A stretch of 64,000 bases of DNA, from the IMG/VR virus record IMGVR_UViG_3300031576_000002, positions 62,001-126,000 of that record, one strand, 5' to 3'. How positions within the stretch are numbered: the first letter of the stretch is position 1; each line of letters starts with the position of its first letter. The translations under genes were made by a program, and so were the position numbers. The notes beneath the pieces were generated by a model. It made no database searches, was not told where the DNA came from, and saw only the letters and a program-made list of their open reading frames with translations. Positions 1 to 10,180 of this stretch are shown in pieces.

Positions 1-1
1 A

Positions 2-757
2 GCTCATCTCAAAAATCTTGATATTCGACTTTGACTGATTAAAGACATGGTCTGCCAAAGGAGCTAGGCCGATGTCAAAATCGCAAAGGGCTAGGGTCGT
101 GTAATAGTCCACCCACTGAACCCAGTGAACCTGGTAGGCGCCTTTGAAGTCGGGAAACTGGAAGAGCTTGATCGCGGCCTCTCCCGAGTCTCGAAGCGTT
201 TCTAGCGCGGGCTGTACTCGCGCAAAATCCATCTTGTGCGTACCGCTGCCTGTCCATCCTACGACAGGCTTGCGGTTGTTGCGAGGTCGCTGGGGAATCT
301 GGTCGGGATCGAACGAGTTGGGTAGTACATAGACATGCTTGTTGTGCTGACCGTACACCTTGGCTAGATGCTCGGTCGATACGAAGATCGCGTCGCACTC
401 TTCCAGGAAGTAGGTAAAGTTCTGCCGAATGTCGGGGTGAGTGAAAAGTTCGTGGCTTGGATTCCACTCCGGCAAACTGAAGAAGTCATCATCCGCTTCG
501 TAGATCACGCGCGTCTTGGCGTTCTTGCGCCCAGTCAGGGCGTTGGCGAAGCTGCGGCCGTCTACCTGCCTTTGGAGGATGATGGCGCGACTTGCTTCGA
601 TGTCCTCGGGCTTCATCTGGTACGTGATCTTGATTCGATACTGGTCGGGATGATGGGTTGCGATTGCGTTAAGGGGGAAGAAAAGCCGGTAGCCGTAGCA
701 AGCTCCAAAATCGGCCTGATACGCCGTGATCCGAATGGGCTTAGCTTTTGTGTTCAT
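2..757 (-). CDS. GT-B glycosyltransferase, partial (runs off the window edge; not in the ORF track)
   Basis: Hand translation from ATG 757 (ATGA overlap with the upstream stop): GACYGYRLFFP, VIYEADDD, VSTEHL, VLPNS, VGWTGSGTH, DIGLAPLADHVFNQSKSNIK; motifs typical of phage GT4-like enzymes. Confidence 0.85.
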   Translation of the reverse strand, partial: MNTKAKPIRITAYQADFGACYGYRLFFPLNAIATHHPDQYRIKITYQMKPEDIEASRAIILQRQVDGRSFANALTGRKNAKTRVIYEADDDFFSLPEWNPSHELFTHPDIRQNFTYFLEECDAIFVSTEHLAKVYGQHNKHVYVLPNSFDPDQIPQRPRNNRKPVVGWTGSGTHKMDFARVQPALETLRDSGEAAIKLFQFPDFKGAYQVHWVQWVDYYTTLALCDFDIGLAPLADHVFNQSKSNIKIFEMS

Positions 758-1143
758 GTAGGCCCAGGCTTTCCGACTAGCAGGGGGATCGGCTCTTCGG
801 GAAGGATGGGCAGCTCTTCCGGGAATAGAATGGGTGTAAGAACACGAATCTGTTCGACAGTTGTGATGACTTTTTTGCTAAAAAGAATGTCAACAAGAGT
901 ACGGAACGCCCCTAGCAGACCAGCATCAGCATCTTCGAGGGCAGAGATTCGCCCTTCATGGTCAAGTAGAGTAGGATCGACGTAGGTCGATCGCCACTCT
1001 TCTAGTATAGCGACCCGTGTCTGAAGGTCAGCGACATCGGCTTGGAGTGCAGTAATCGCGTTCTCGGCCGTAGTCATGCGATCTCCAAGATCGTTGATCT
1101 GATCTTGAAGATCGTCGCAAGTAGTCTGGTCGCAAGCAGCCAT
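754..1143 (-). CDS. Coiled-coil virion/fibre-associated protein
   Basis: Heptad repeats (LQDQINDL..ITALQADVADLQTRV..RISALE); located after the fibre genes. Confidence 0.5.
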   Translation of the reverse strand: MAACDQTTCDDLQDQINDLGDRMTTAENAITALQADVADLQTRVAILEEWRSTYVDPTLLDHEGRISALEDADAGLLGAFRTLVDILFSKKVITTVEQIRVLTPILFPEELPILPEEPIPLLVGKPGPT

Positions 1144-1149
1144 AGACTT

Positions 1150-3243
1150 TTACTTCAGCAGGTTGAGCACTTCCTGTAGCATGTCCGCCGTCTCCATCGG
1201 AGACCGCTCTTCGTCGCAGCTTTGCGCCAGTTCGTTCAAGCGCTGCTCTGTCTTGGACTTGTCCCGGTGGAACTCCCGGGGGTAGACAAAGATGAGAACG
1301 GATTCTCCAGGAGAAGGAACCTGAGTTTGTGTCACTGTATACTCCCCAAAAACTTCCCCAAACGGGCCAAAACTTATAATAATTGGTATTGTAGCTACTA
1401 TCGTAGTTCCTGATTCTGTGTTTGTGAGGAACGTAGATAGCGGACGATCTGCAACAGTTGGGTCGCCAGGAGCCGTTCCCGCCATGAACTTGTTCTGGCT
1501 GATGGTAAAGCCGTTCAAACTCTCCGATTCAATGACAAAAAAGTAGTAAAGGTGGTGGGTATCAATGAAAAATGGAAGGCGCTGCGATCTCATGAACTCT
1601 ACTACATTTGAGACCGGATGCCCGATCGAGCCTCCCCCGTTAATTATAATCTCGTTAGAGAGGTGCGCGAGAAGTTCATCGGGTAGCAGAACCTCGGGAT
1701 TCGTCCTCAAGTCGATCGGTGTCACAGCCTGGTATGGATAGGTCTTGCTGTCTGGTGCTTCCGGATCTCGGGTAAAAGGCCGCAAGACCCGAAGCTCTTG
1801 CAGGTACAGAAGCAGTTCTCGATTAGGCACAAGAAGAAGCCAGACTGGAAAATCTTCTTCTAGTACCTCATTCTGAATACGCGGAATATCAGTCAGAGGC
1901 ACGGCTTCTGGAAAGCGCCGCTCAAAGATCGCGGTACGCTCTTTCCTGCCGTCAGGAATTGGCTTTTCAGGGTCATACCACAAATAGCGCCCCTGTTGAT
2001 CGACATTGAGAATGAGAGTCGTCTTTCTTGTTACGGGGTCGAACAGGCTGCCCTTGGTACCAATTCCGAAAGGGTCGAGTAAGTCGAAGGTTGGTACATT
2101 GAACAGATCTACATTGGGATTCGTCAGAGTGCCCTCTTCTAGCGCAGGTAGTACATAGCGATCGTCGCCCAGAATCGTCCGTCCGTCAAAGGTTTTCCGA
2201 AACGCACTCTTGATGACGATTTCTTCATCTAAGGTTACGAGATCCGTCGGGAAAAAGGATGCGTCCACTTCTACTGTCAGTGAGACCTCTTTAACGGATG
2301 TCTCTCCATTTGCAGGATTGACAACGTCACGGACATTCAAGAGCACGAAAGTACAAGTTCCAAGATCGGGGCTCTTGACTTCTACGGGAAGCCCAAATTC
2401 CACCGCTTCAGGTGGCTTCCACGCCAGAAAAAAAACGCTAGTACCGTGGCTGACAACGCGCGTCCAGCGGATCATTCCATTCCTGCCCTCTTGGTCGGAG
2501 GAATTCGTATTGTTCGAGGCTTCGACTACTTTGACGATTCCAGCAATGTTCTCGGTAACTTTGCGCGCCGATACGCTGTTGTTAATGGGAAACGCGCCAA
2601 CGACGTAGCCTTCATTCGTTGGCTTGGATACAGTAACTTCGACGCTTGGTACGACAACAACCAGTGCATCGGTAGCATCTACTCCAAGGCGTTCCAGGTT
2701 GACATCTTGCCCGAGAACGATAGTGGTCCGCTCCACGACAAGAACAGAGAGCGGCTTTGGTGGATTATCCTCAATCGCGGTCGGATCCTTTACCTCGATC
2801 ACAAGGAGATCGCGCGCAGTTGGAGCCTGCGGTGTTACGGGATGGAACGGATTGACTTCTGCTGGCGCAGATTCTTGTTTGACGAGTGCTGCATCGAGGA
2901 TGACAACATCCTTCTCGACTCCCTTCTCTTTGTACTTGGCGGTGTGATTGGCGAGAGGGCTGATGAAGGGTGTTACTGGCGGAGTAATAGATGAATCGCT
3001 AATCTCAGTCAGCACAGATTGCGATACGACCCGTAGGACTCGCGGCGACTTCTCGCTGACGATGTTGGAGAAGACTTCGACCAGGCTGACCTCTGCCGGA
3101 TCGTAGCGCTCCCGAGAGAGGATCTCGGTATCGGTCGGGATCAGCGCGCCGGGCAGAAGCTCGGCAAGACGAAACGCTTTGGTAGCAAGGACACGAGCTG
3201 TTGCCAGCTCGTAGAAAACTCGAACTCTCGGAAGAATCGCCAC
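1150..3243 (-). CDS. Hypothetical protein, probably virion structural
   Basis: 697-aa ORF in the tail operon. Confidence 0.5.
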   Translation of the reverse strand: MAILPRVRVFYELATARVLATKAFRLAELLPGALIPTDTEILSRERYDPAEVSLVEVFSNIVSEKSPRVLRVVSQSVLTEISDSSITPPVTPFISPLANHTAKYKEKGVEKDVVILDAALVKQESAPAEVNPFHPVTPQAPTARDLLVIEVKDPTAIEDNPPKPLSVLVVERTTIVLGQDVNLERLGVDATDALVVVVPSVEVTVSKPTNEGYVVGAFPINNSVSARKVTENIAGIVKVVEASNNTNSSDQEGRNGMIRWTRVVSHGTSVFFLAWKPPEAVEFGLPVEVKSPDLGTCTFVLLNVRDVVNPANGETSVKEVSLTVEVDASFFPTDLVTLDEEIVIKSAFRKTFDGRTILGDDRYVLPALEEGTLTNPNVDLFNVPTFDLLDPFGIGTKGSLFDPVTRKTTLILNVDQQGRYLWYDPEKPIPDGRKERTAIFERRFPEAVPLTDIPRIQNEVLEEDFPVWLLLVPNRELLLYLQELRVLRPFTRDPEAPDSKTYPYQAVTPIDLRTNPEVLLPDELLAHLSNEIIINGGGSIGHPVSNVVEFMRSQRLPFFIDTHHLYYFFVIESESLNGFTISQNKFMAGTAPGDPTVADRPLSTFLTNTESGTTIVATIPIIISFGPFGEVFGEYTVTQTQVPSPGESVLIFVYPREFHRDKSKTEQRLNELAQSCDEERSPMETADMLQEVLNLLK

Positions 3244-3269
3244 TTAAGTCTTAGCCCGAAGGGCTTAGA

Positions 3270-6200
3270 TTATGGCTTCTTTACGCGGATAAGTCCAGTG
3301 TTGATCTGGCCGTCGCTGTTAAGGCTGGCGTCCGTAATTGTAACACTTTGAACTCCCGCTCCACTAGGCGCGGTAACTCGTAGTTTCAGAATTCTACTTG
3401 TCGTAGGAGCTTCGCTGTTATGAGGGGTCCCCCCAAAAGGAATTACTACAAATTTTGTAACAACATTGGCTGCACTAACTCCCCTAACTTTTGCTCGAAA
3501 GCTGGGATCGCCTGAAGCACCGACAGACAACGGAATGTTATTCAAGCGAAGTTGAAAAATTGCTTCATCGTTGGTATCCGAAATTACGATCGCTTGAAAT
3601 GCTACAGAGCCGCTAATCTGACTCCTGTCATTTGGCTGCGTCCAAGACACAAGATCCATTGTATAAACACTGCCATTTGTTAGTATTCCACCGTCCCAGT
3701 TCTTAGTAGAGCCTATGCTATCAAACCCGCCCGCATCTCCAGTCTCCAGCTCAACCAGAGCCGTCTGATCCCCGAGGTCCGTAACCTCGAAATCGTCACT
3801 CTTGAAGCGTAGCCGCGCCGTCGGTTTTACGACGGATACGCCTGTTGTCGCATCACCCTCTTGGGTATCCAACAGGGGTCCGACAGTTCCGAGCGCTTCA
3901 ATGTTAGCCGCCGTTCTCGGATTCGGACCCGCCTGCACTCGGAAGAAGATGAAGTGCGAATCACCATCCGACAGCCCCAGCCCGGAAGCAGCAGGCAACA
4001 GGCTGGTGGAAATCGAGCTGAACCCCACCATGAAGACGCCGTCTTTGGACTCATCGTCGAGCCACCAGAACGGAGGCTGCGAGTCCACTGTAGAGGTGTG
4101 ATGGCAGTTCCACCACCAGCCTCCTGCGGCATCCGGATCCGTCGAGAACGGGAACGCGGGGTCGATACCGCTGCGCTGGAATACGCCCCGCACCTGCGCA
4201 TCATCGAGGTAACGGCGATCGACGATGGTAGAGACAACGCCCGGGAACGAGCGCCGATCCTCCGCGTACTCAAGTGTGGTACTCGCCACCTGGACGTAAC
4301 AAATCGCCAAAAGCGCCAGCCGCCTTCCGCTGAGCGTTTGACGAACGTCCGCTGAGCTAAGAACGACCTCGCCAGATTCGTTGACGTAGAGATAGCGGCG
4401 CCGGTTGCTCGAAGAGTTGACAACTGTATTGGTCGCAGTCCCTGCCTCGATCGTGTAGCGATTGCCGCCCACGTCCACGACACCGCCCGTCCAGGAAATG
4501 TCCGAGCCGGTAAAGCTGAGATCAAGGCCCCGGATCACCCCGTCCGAGCGGGTCTCGGAATGGTACTCGTCGTGAATCCGCTTCGAGAAGTCGAGCGCGT
4601 CGGATCCAAGCGACCGCCGACCCACGGTTCCGAACCGGCGCTTGTCGATGATGCGGATGATCTCGCTCGAACCGTCGTAAGAGATTCGGGCAAGCTCCAG
4701 GCTCTCGTTTAGGTCGAGGGGCGCCAGAACCGTGAACGTAGCCGTCGCATCTGCCGTAGGAGCGACAATAGTGCCGATTCGAGTAATCTCGATCCAGTTG
4801 ACTCCGTCACCGGCGTACAGGCGCCAAGTCTCCCCATCTTGCGTCGGATCCGTTACTACAGGATCGCCGACTCCATCAAATGTCACAAAAAAGGTGTGGA
4901 ATCCGGTGGTCGGGAAATTGACCACAATGTCAAGAGTTGGGGAACCCGCAGGCCAATCGTTTGAAATGGTCGAGATCACATAGCCAGGAATCAGCTTGTT
5001 CTGTGCATCCTGGTCCTCTCGGACTCGAACGTGGTTTTTGAGCCGAGCAAACTCGTCCACGTAGAGTTGATGAACTGACGCAACAGACTCCGGCCCGGTG
5101 CCGTCATCGTTCGTATCATTCGCGTAATCAAAGTCGGGCGGATCGTTCTCGGGGTCCGAGTTATCCACGACCTCGGTATGCTCACGGCCGTCCACGTAGA
5201 AGAACGTGGTCGCCGCATCCGGCTGCTGAACTGTTACCAAAGAGTTGGGACTTGCTAGCTCGACCAGCAGCGCATTCGGATCCGTGTCGAGAACGGAATC
5301 GTGCTCGTGATGAGTCGAGATGCCGTTGTCGAGCAGCCGGTTCCGGTCATCCTTGACTCGGTGAGCCAGCGTGGGAGAAGTTCCCCGAGTCTCGGTAACA
5401 TCCAGCTCCAGCGCTGCCACACGCCGGTCATTGTCCGCGGTAGCGAATCGGCGCAGGTCGAAGTCCGAGGGAAAGCTGCAATCCGTCTGATCCCACAGGA
5501 CCATGCAGAGCGGTAAAGTGTTTTCGATGTTGACGACATTGGCGTCGAGTAGAACCGTGACCGTCATGTTGACGGTCGTACCCGTCGTAATCAGTTCGGT
5601 CAGGTCGAGGCCAATTCGCAGGATGTCGCCATTAGCCGACACCAGGCGCATGTCTGCCTTGGCTTCTTGCGCTACACCAAACCCGTTCTCTCCCGCCGAG
5701 TCATCTCCGGGGGCTCGCCAACGGAACGTCTGATCGGCGGGGTTGTATCTCAGCGTGCCGGGAACCGTGCCATCGTTCGGCGCCAGCGTGTTGTAGATGT
5801 CCAGAATCCGCAGGTGAGGCGCAGTCGGAAGCGTCTCCTCCGTCACGACTCCGGTCAGGAGCGGCAACGCAGCCGCCCGGATCGCGGTCAGGATGCCGTC
5901 CGCGTCCACGTAGACCAGGTAGTAGCCGGTCGGGTTGAGGGCGTTGAAGACGACCTGGGGAGGATCGGGCAGAAGGTCATTGAAGCTGACGCCTTGGATC
6001 AGGTAGACGTCCGCCGCCGAAAGTGGCGGCTGGGCCTGAATCGCGTCATCCCCGCCCGCAGTGGTCACTTCACTGCACTCTAGGAAGTCGGATGCAGCGT
6101 CCACCGAAATTCCGTTGATATGGAAGCGATTTTGGTGCGTCTCGAAGGGGTTGTCCCCCGTCGATTCGGCGATGTCCCCGAACGACGTCCCGTGCGGGTT

Positions 6201-7496
6201 CCGGGGCGTAGGCGTGCCCGAGCCCACGTAACTGCGGTGGAGGATGTCGTCAGCGGTTTGAACCGCTACCAGCAGGTCGTAGAGGCCCCTGACGTCAATC
6301 TCATCCGTGAACACGGTCAGTCCCGTGTCCGGATTGAGTCCGATCGGAAGCTGAGTCTCCGAGACGAAGACCGAAGCGAACAGGGCGGTCGCCGCCGAGC
6401 GGAGGATGAACGGTCCCCCTCCTGAAACGTCCAGTCCCGTGCCTGCTGTGTCGCCCGGCGCTGCCCAGCTCATCAGCTTCGTCGCCGAGTCGTAGGTCAG
6501 AGTGCCCGTGCCCGTCGAGGTATTGGTCGAGAGACGCCGGATCACAGCTCCGGTCACTACAACGGGCTGGCTGGCCTGGGGAAAAGTCAGAGCCAGTCGG
6601 GTAACGACGCTGATCGCCTCTCGCGTGTCGATCAGCGGCAGAGAGGCTTTGACCACGTCTACGACAATCGTGAATGTAGAAGTAGCGGACTGAATCGCAA
6701 TGACCCCGTTCGGGTCAGGTACGGCAACTCCCGCGCCCTCTCCAGAATCGGAAGGCGCCTGCCAGGACAGCGAAGCGCTCCCCTCGCTGATGCGCAAGCG
6801 GAGAAATCCTGTTCCGGGCGGCGTGTTCGAGGATACGTTGACGATACGAACGCCAGTGAGCGTCACCGGCTGCGTAACGCCTGGATCGACGCCCTGGATG
6901 TCTGCCTGCGTCAGCGGGATCGACGGACCCTTGGTCGTTACAATCGCCAGCAAGATGCGAAACTGGCGGGACGGAAACGGATCCGTAGTCGGAAACGGAG
7001 CCCCGGGAACGTCGATCGCATCGCTGCTGGTCAGTGCCTCGAACTCTGCTTCTTCCAGAACCTCGATCTCGAAAGAGCCCGTGACAATGGTGTTGTGCTG
7101 GACAGGCAAGAAACGCTCAACCAGCGGGTGCTGGGAGCGCTCGGTGTAGCGCAACATGACATAGTTGCGAGCGTTCAGGGTATAGTCGCCCTCACCTCGA
7201 ACCGCAACTGGAAAGACCTCCGCCGTCAGGGCGAGAGAGGTAGAAACATCGAGGCGGAGACCTACGATGTTCTCATTCAGCCTGACCCGTTCCCCGTTCG
7301 GGGTGTAGCCCTGCCCTGGACTGATGTCGATTCGAGTGGCATCCAGTGCGTTGACGGTGACGCGCAAGCCCCTCCGCACGCCTCGGGTATTGCCATCCTT
7401 AAATCGCTCCAAGGTCTCCTCGACCTGAGCGGATTCAGAATTTGTAAATACCTGCTCGTCCGGATGGATGTCGTTAAAGAAAAGAGACCTTCGCAT
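3270..7496 (-). CDS. Large baseplate/tail fibre protein with repeated W-x-APGD beta domains
   Basis: 1408 aa; N-terminal GLRV..RIDISPGQGYTPNGER motif; 3-4 repeat domains; NPHG motif; follows the baseplate genes. Confidence 0.7.
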   Translation of the reverse strand: MRRSLFFNDIHPDEQVFTNSESAQVEETLERFKDGNTRGVRRGLRVTVNALDATRIDISPGQGYTPNGERVRLNENIVGLRLDVSTSLALTAEVFPVAVRGEGDYTLNARNYVMLRYTERSQHPLVERFLPVQHNTIVTGSFEIEVLEEAEFEALTSSDAIDVPGAPFPTTDPFPSRQFRILLAIVTTKGPSIPLTQADIQGVDPGVTQPVTLTGVRIVNVSSNTPPGTGFLRLRISEGSASLSWQAPSDSGEGAGVAVPDPNGVIAIQSATSTFTIVVDVVKASLPLIDTREAISVVTRLALTFPQASQPVVVTGAVIRRLSTNTSTGTGTLTYDSATKLMSWAAPGDTAGTGLDVSGGGPFILRSAATALFASVFVSETQLPIGLNPDTGLTVFTDEIDVRGLYDLLVAVQTADDILHRSYVGSGTPTPRNPHGTSFGDIAESTGDNPFETHQNRFHINGISVDAASDFLECSEVTTAGGDDAIQAQPPLSAADVYLIQGVSFNDLLPDPPQVVFNALNPTGYYLVYVDADGILTAIRAAALPLLTGVVTEETLPTAPHLRILDIYNTLAPNDGTVPGTLRYNPADQTFRWRAPGDDSAGENGFGVAQEAKADMRLVSANGDILRIGLDLTELITTGTTVNMTVTVLLDANVVNIENTLPLCMVLWDQTDCSFPSDFDLRRFATADNDRRVAALELDVTETRGTSPTLAHRVKDDRNRLLDNGISTHHEHDSVLDTDPNALLVELASPNSLVTVQQPDAATTFFYVDGREHTEVVDNSDPENDPPDFDYANDTNDDGTGPESVASVHQLYVDEFARLKNHVRVREDQDAQNKLIPGYVISTISNDWPAGSPTLDIVVNFPTTGFHTFFVTFDGVGDPVVTDPTQDGETWRLYAGDGVNWIEITRIGTIVAPTADATATFTVLAPLDLNESLELARISYDGSSEIIRIIDKRRFGTVGRRSLGSDALDFSKRIHDEYHSETRSDGVIRGLDLSFTGSDISWTGGVVDVGGNRYTIEAGTATNTVVNSSSNRRRYLYVNESGEVVLSSADVRQTLSGRRLALLAICYVQVASTTLEYAEDRRSFPGVVSTIVDRRYLDDAQVRGVFQRSGIDPAFPFSTDPDAAGGWWWNCHHTSTVDSQPPFWWLDDESKDGVFMVGFSSISTSLLPAASGLGLSDGDSHFIFFRVQAGPNPRTAANIEALGTVGPLLDTQEGDATTGVSVVKPTARLRFKSDDFEVTDLGDQTALVELETGDAGGFDSIGSTKNWDGGILTNGSVYTMDLVSWTQPNDRSQISGSVAFQAIVISDTNDEAIFQLRLNNIPLSVGASGDPSFRAKVRGVSAANVVTKFVVIPFGGTPHNSEAPTTSRILKLRVTAPSGAGVQSVTITDASLNSDGQINTGLIRVKKP

Positions 7497-7510
7497 GAAT
7501 TGGCCCTCCG

Positions 7511-10180
7511 TCAGGGAGGTAGGAACGCCTCGAAGCCAGGTACGAGAAAGCCTTCCGGGATGTTACGCGGAGATGAAACCGTGGTCAAGAAGCCGTCCAC
7601 CCCTCCCAGCACCATGCCCATGTCGGTGATGAGATTGCACTCTGCGTCGAAGCCTAGCGTGACCCAACGGTAGAAGTCGTCGAAGATGAGACAACGCGGC
7701 GGAATTGGCTGCACGGACCTGCGCAGCGCGATTCCCAGAAACTCGTAATCCGCAGGAGTTGGATTTGATTCGTGATCGGGGCGATCCTCAATAGTGATTC
7801 GGAACTGGATGTAAGGATTGGTCAGCGTGAGGCGGTCGTACGGCGCGATTTCGGTAAAGTCCTCGCCAAGCGGGTCGTAGGAAGGATCGTCTTCGTCCGG
7901 TGAGTTTCCAAGGCGGTATGCAAATTGTCGCCCGACATTCTCACTGTAGATCCGGTCAAGCAGACTGCACTCAACGGCGGTTGCACTCAAGCCCGCCAAA
8001 AGAACAGGAACGGTTCTCAGCTCGGCCGTCCGAACTCGAAGCCTTTCGAGTACAGTCGCGGTCGGAAGCTGGTTGGCGAGTACGCGCACACGGAGACGGT
8101 AGAGCGAATTTCCAGAAGTAATCTGGAAGTCACCCCCATCTGTAATCAAAACCGGCGCCGTTATAGTGACAAGAGACGACGTGGCTAGGGTAGGGACAAA
8201 GTCCAAATCTACTTCAATTGTCAAGCGAGCGCCCGAATTGGCAGTAACTATATGCGCTCCCGATTCTTCGATGTCCGTCTCGGCTCCAGGAGGAGTTTCT
8301 CCAGGCGCCAGCCAGGAGAGCTTCGCCGGGTTTCCACCTGATGCGGGAGTGTAGCTCAACGTACCGTCGCCAGGACGGGTGTTCGCGGAGGCTGCAACCA
8401 CCAACATGCCCGCGTGAGGATTGGTCACTGTAAGTCCGTCCGTGAGCGGAAGGATCCCACCAGGCAGGGAAGCCGTAAAGATGAATATGAGAAGCTCGCG
8501 CGTCACCGTGGAGGAGCGCAGGCGTAGCTGTCCTCCAGGCGTCGCAGGAATAGCCAGTGGGGTTCCAGGGCTCACATCTCCTGGAGCCTGCCACGTCATT
8601 GTCTGTGCGACCGGATCGTAGGTCAGCAGTCCCACACCGTTCGGCGTGTCCTCCAGTACGCTAACAACGGTCACACCCGTAATCAGAAATGGCGCCGAAA
8701 CCGTAGGTGCCTCTATGGTAATTTGCGCTCCACTCCCCAACGGATCGAGGCCGAAAGGCGCGGAAGGATCGGGAGCCTGCCACAGCAGCGTTCCGCTCGG
8801 TTCATCAAAATTGAGAACTCCGACTCCGCTCAGCGTATCTGCCGAGATTTCTGTGATGAGCAGGCCGGTCAATTCTTCTGGGCTGCTGACGAGATTGTCT
8901 TGTACCCTCCAGTGGAAGGTTGGCCCTAGCTCAAAGTTCTCTGCAAAAGCATTTTCATAGTCGTGGAAGCGCTCCTTGATAACGATGAAGGGTCCGCACA
9001 AATCAGGGACCGAGGTCGTATCCACTCCAGTTGCGTAGAGCGAGAATGCGGAACCCTCTGCGGGAAAGGCAGAGCTGTACGCACGAACTTGCAGATCCCC
9101 AAAGACCGGAATCTGTGGGGGAAACGCCGACGCAAATAGAACCGTTTCCGGTGTACACCAGATCGGCCCCAGCGTGTCCTCGACGTTGAGAAGCCCTGGC
9201 TCCTCCAGCGGGTACTGCGCGATTCCGACAGGAGGATGGTCCGCTGTCCGCTTCAACAGCTCGATCATTTCATCTCGGGTAACCTCCGAGATGCGGCTAA
9301 CGCCTAGCGTTTCCGCTACCAGTCCGTGCGTCAGGCTGTAAGCGCTTGGAAGCCACGCCTGCTCATCACAGCAGATGTCTGGCATCGGCAAAATATGCAC
9401 GGAGAAAGATGCCGCCGACGCCGATGCAGAAGCGCTGAACGCGGTCGTGTCCACGCTGGCGTAGACGTTGTAGAGCTTGCTGTAGGACCTCACAAAGTAC
9501 CGGCCACTGAGAAGCACTTCGACGGGATCTCCCGCAACGGGATCTCCAGGTGCTTGCCAGGACAGTTGGACAGGAGGGCCAGGATCGACCGTCAGCGTTC
9601 CGATTCCGGGAAGAGTTTCGCCCGACGCACTTGTAAGCTGGACGCCGCTTTGTGGAATGGCGGGGACCAGGATCGAGGCTCCCGTGAGCCGCGACACGCC
9701 CATGATCCAGTACCCGGGAAACTGATCCGTGCGCGTCACGAACGCGGGAACGCCGGTATAGGCGCCGAGGATCCGGTGGTAGGACTTGAGGGCACCGCCT
9801 TCTACGTTGGCGAGGAAAACGTCTTGGAGCCGGTTTCGGTAGGCTTCGAGCGAAAGATCAATGGCTCGCACGCCCAGCATGTCGGCGAAACGTCGCAGCT
9901 CCTTGGAACGCTTCAAGTACCACTGCCGGCGGATGTCGCTGACGCCGACTTCGGCCTGCGCGAAAAGGCGACTCTGAAAGGCTTGGACTACCGCGGCGAC
10001 ACGAGTAACTTCCGGGCTGACTTCCCAGAACTCCGGATCCATGATCTCTTCGAGATAGAGAGGATCGGCAGTTCCAGCGGAAGGCGCTCCCCTCTCGTCA
10101 AAGCGTAGCTCTGTCTCTGTCGTAACGCGACTCTCGATCGCGCCGACGTCAGGGCGGCTCTTGTCAAACCCGTGAGCCAT
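7511..10180 (-). CDS. Baseplate wedge-type protein with four W-x-APGD repeat domains
   Basis: EAYRNRL..GGALKSY..ILGAYTG resembles P2 gpI/Mu gp48-type wedge N-termini; lies two genes after baseplate J. Confidence 0.6.
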   Translation of the reverse strand: MAHGFDKSRPDVGAIESRVTTETELRFDERGAPSAGTADPLYLEEIMDPEFWEVSPEVTRVAAVVQAFQSRLFAQAEVGVSDIRRQWYLKRSKELRRFADMLGVRAIDLSLEAYRNRLQDVFLANVEGGALKSYHRILGAYTGVPAFVTRTDQFPGYWIMGVSRLTGASILVPAIPQSGVQLTSASGETLPGIGTLTVDPGPPVQLSWQAPGDPVAGDPVEVLLSGRYFVRSYSKLYNVYASVDTTAFSASASASAASFSVHILPMPDICCDEQAWLPSAYSLTHGLVAETLGVSRISEVTRDEMIELLKRTADHPPVGIAQYPLEEPGLLNVEDTLGPIWCTPETVLFASAFPPQIPVFGDLQVRAYSSAFPAEGSAFSLYATGVDTTSVPDLCGPFIVIKERFHDYENAFAENFELGPTFHWRVQDNLVSSPEELTGLLITEISADTLSGVGVLNFDEPSGTLLWQAPDPSAPFGLDPLGSGAQITIEAPTVSAPFLITGVTVVSVLEDTPNGVGLLTYDPVAQTMTWQAPGDVSPGTPLAIPATPGGQLRLRSSTVTRELLIFIFTASLPGGILPLTDGLTVTNPHAGMLVVAASANTRPGDGTLSYTPASGGNPAKLSWLAPGETPPGAETDIEESGAHIVTANSGARLTIEVDLDFVPTLATSSLVTITAPVLITDGGDFQITSGNSLYRLRVRVLANQLPTATVLERLRVRTAELRTVPVLLAGLSATAVECSLLDRIYSENVGRQFAYRLGNSPDEDDPSYDPLGEDFTEIAPYDRLTLTNPYIQFRITIEDRPDHESNPTPADYEFLGIALRRSVQPIPPRCLIFDDFYRWVTLGFDAECNLITDMGMVLGGVDGFLTTVSSPRNIPEGFLVPGFEAFLPP

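Noticed and set aside
368-985. 205-aa plus-strand ORF (and the 75-467 minus ORF)
   Set aside because: Overlap the real glycosyltransferase frame
1150-7496. Diversity-generating retroelement acting on the fibres
   Set aside because: No reverse transcriptase and no TR/VR repeat pair seen in the window
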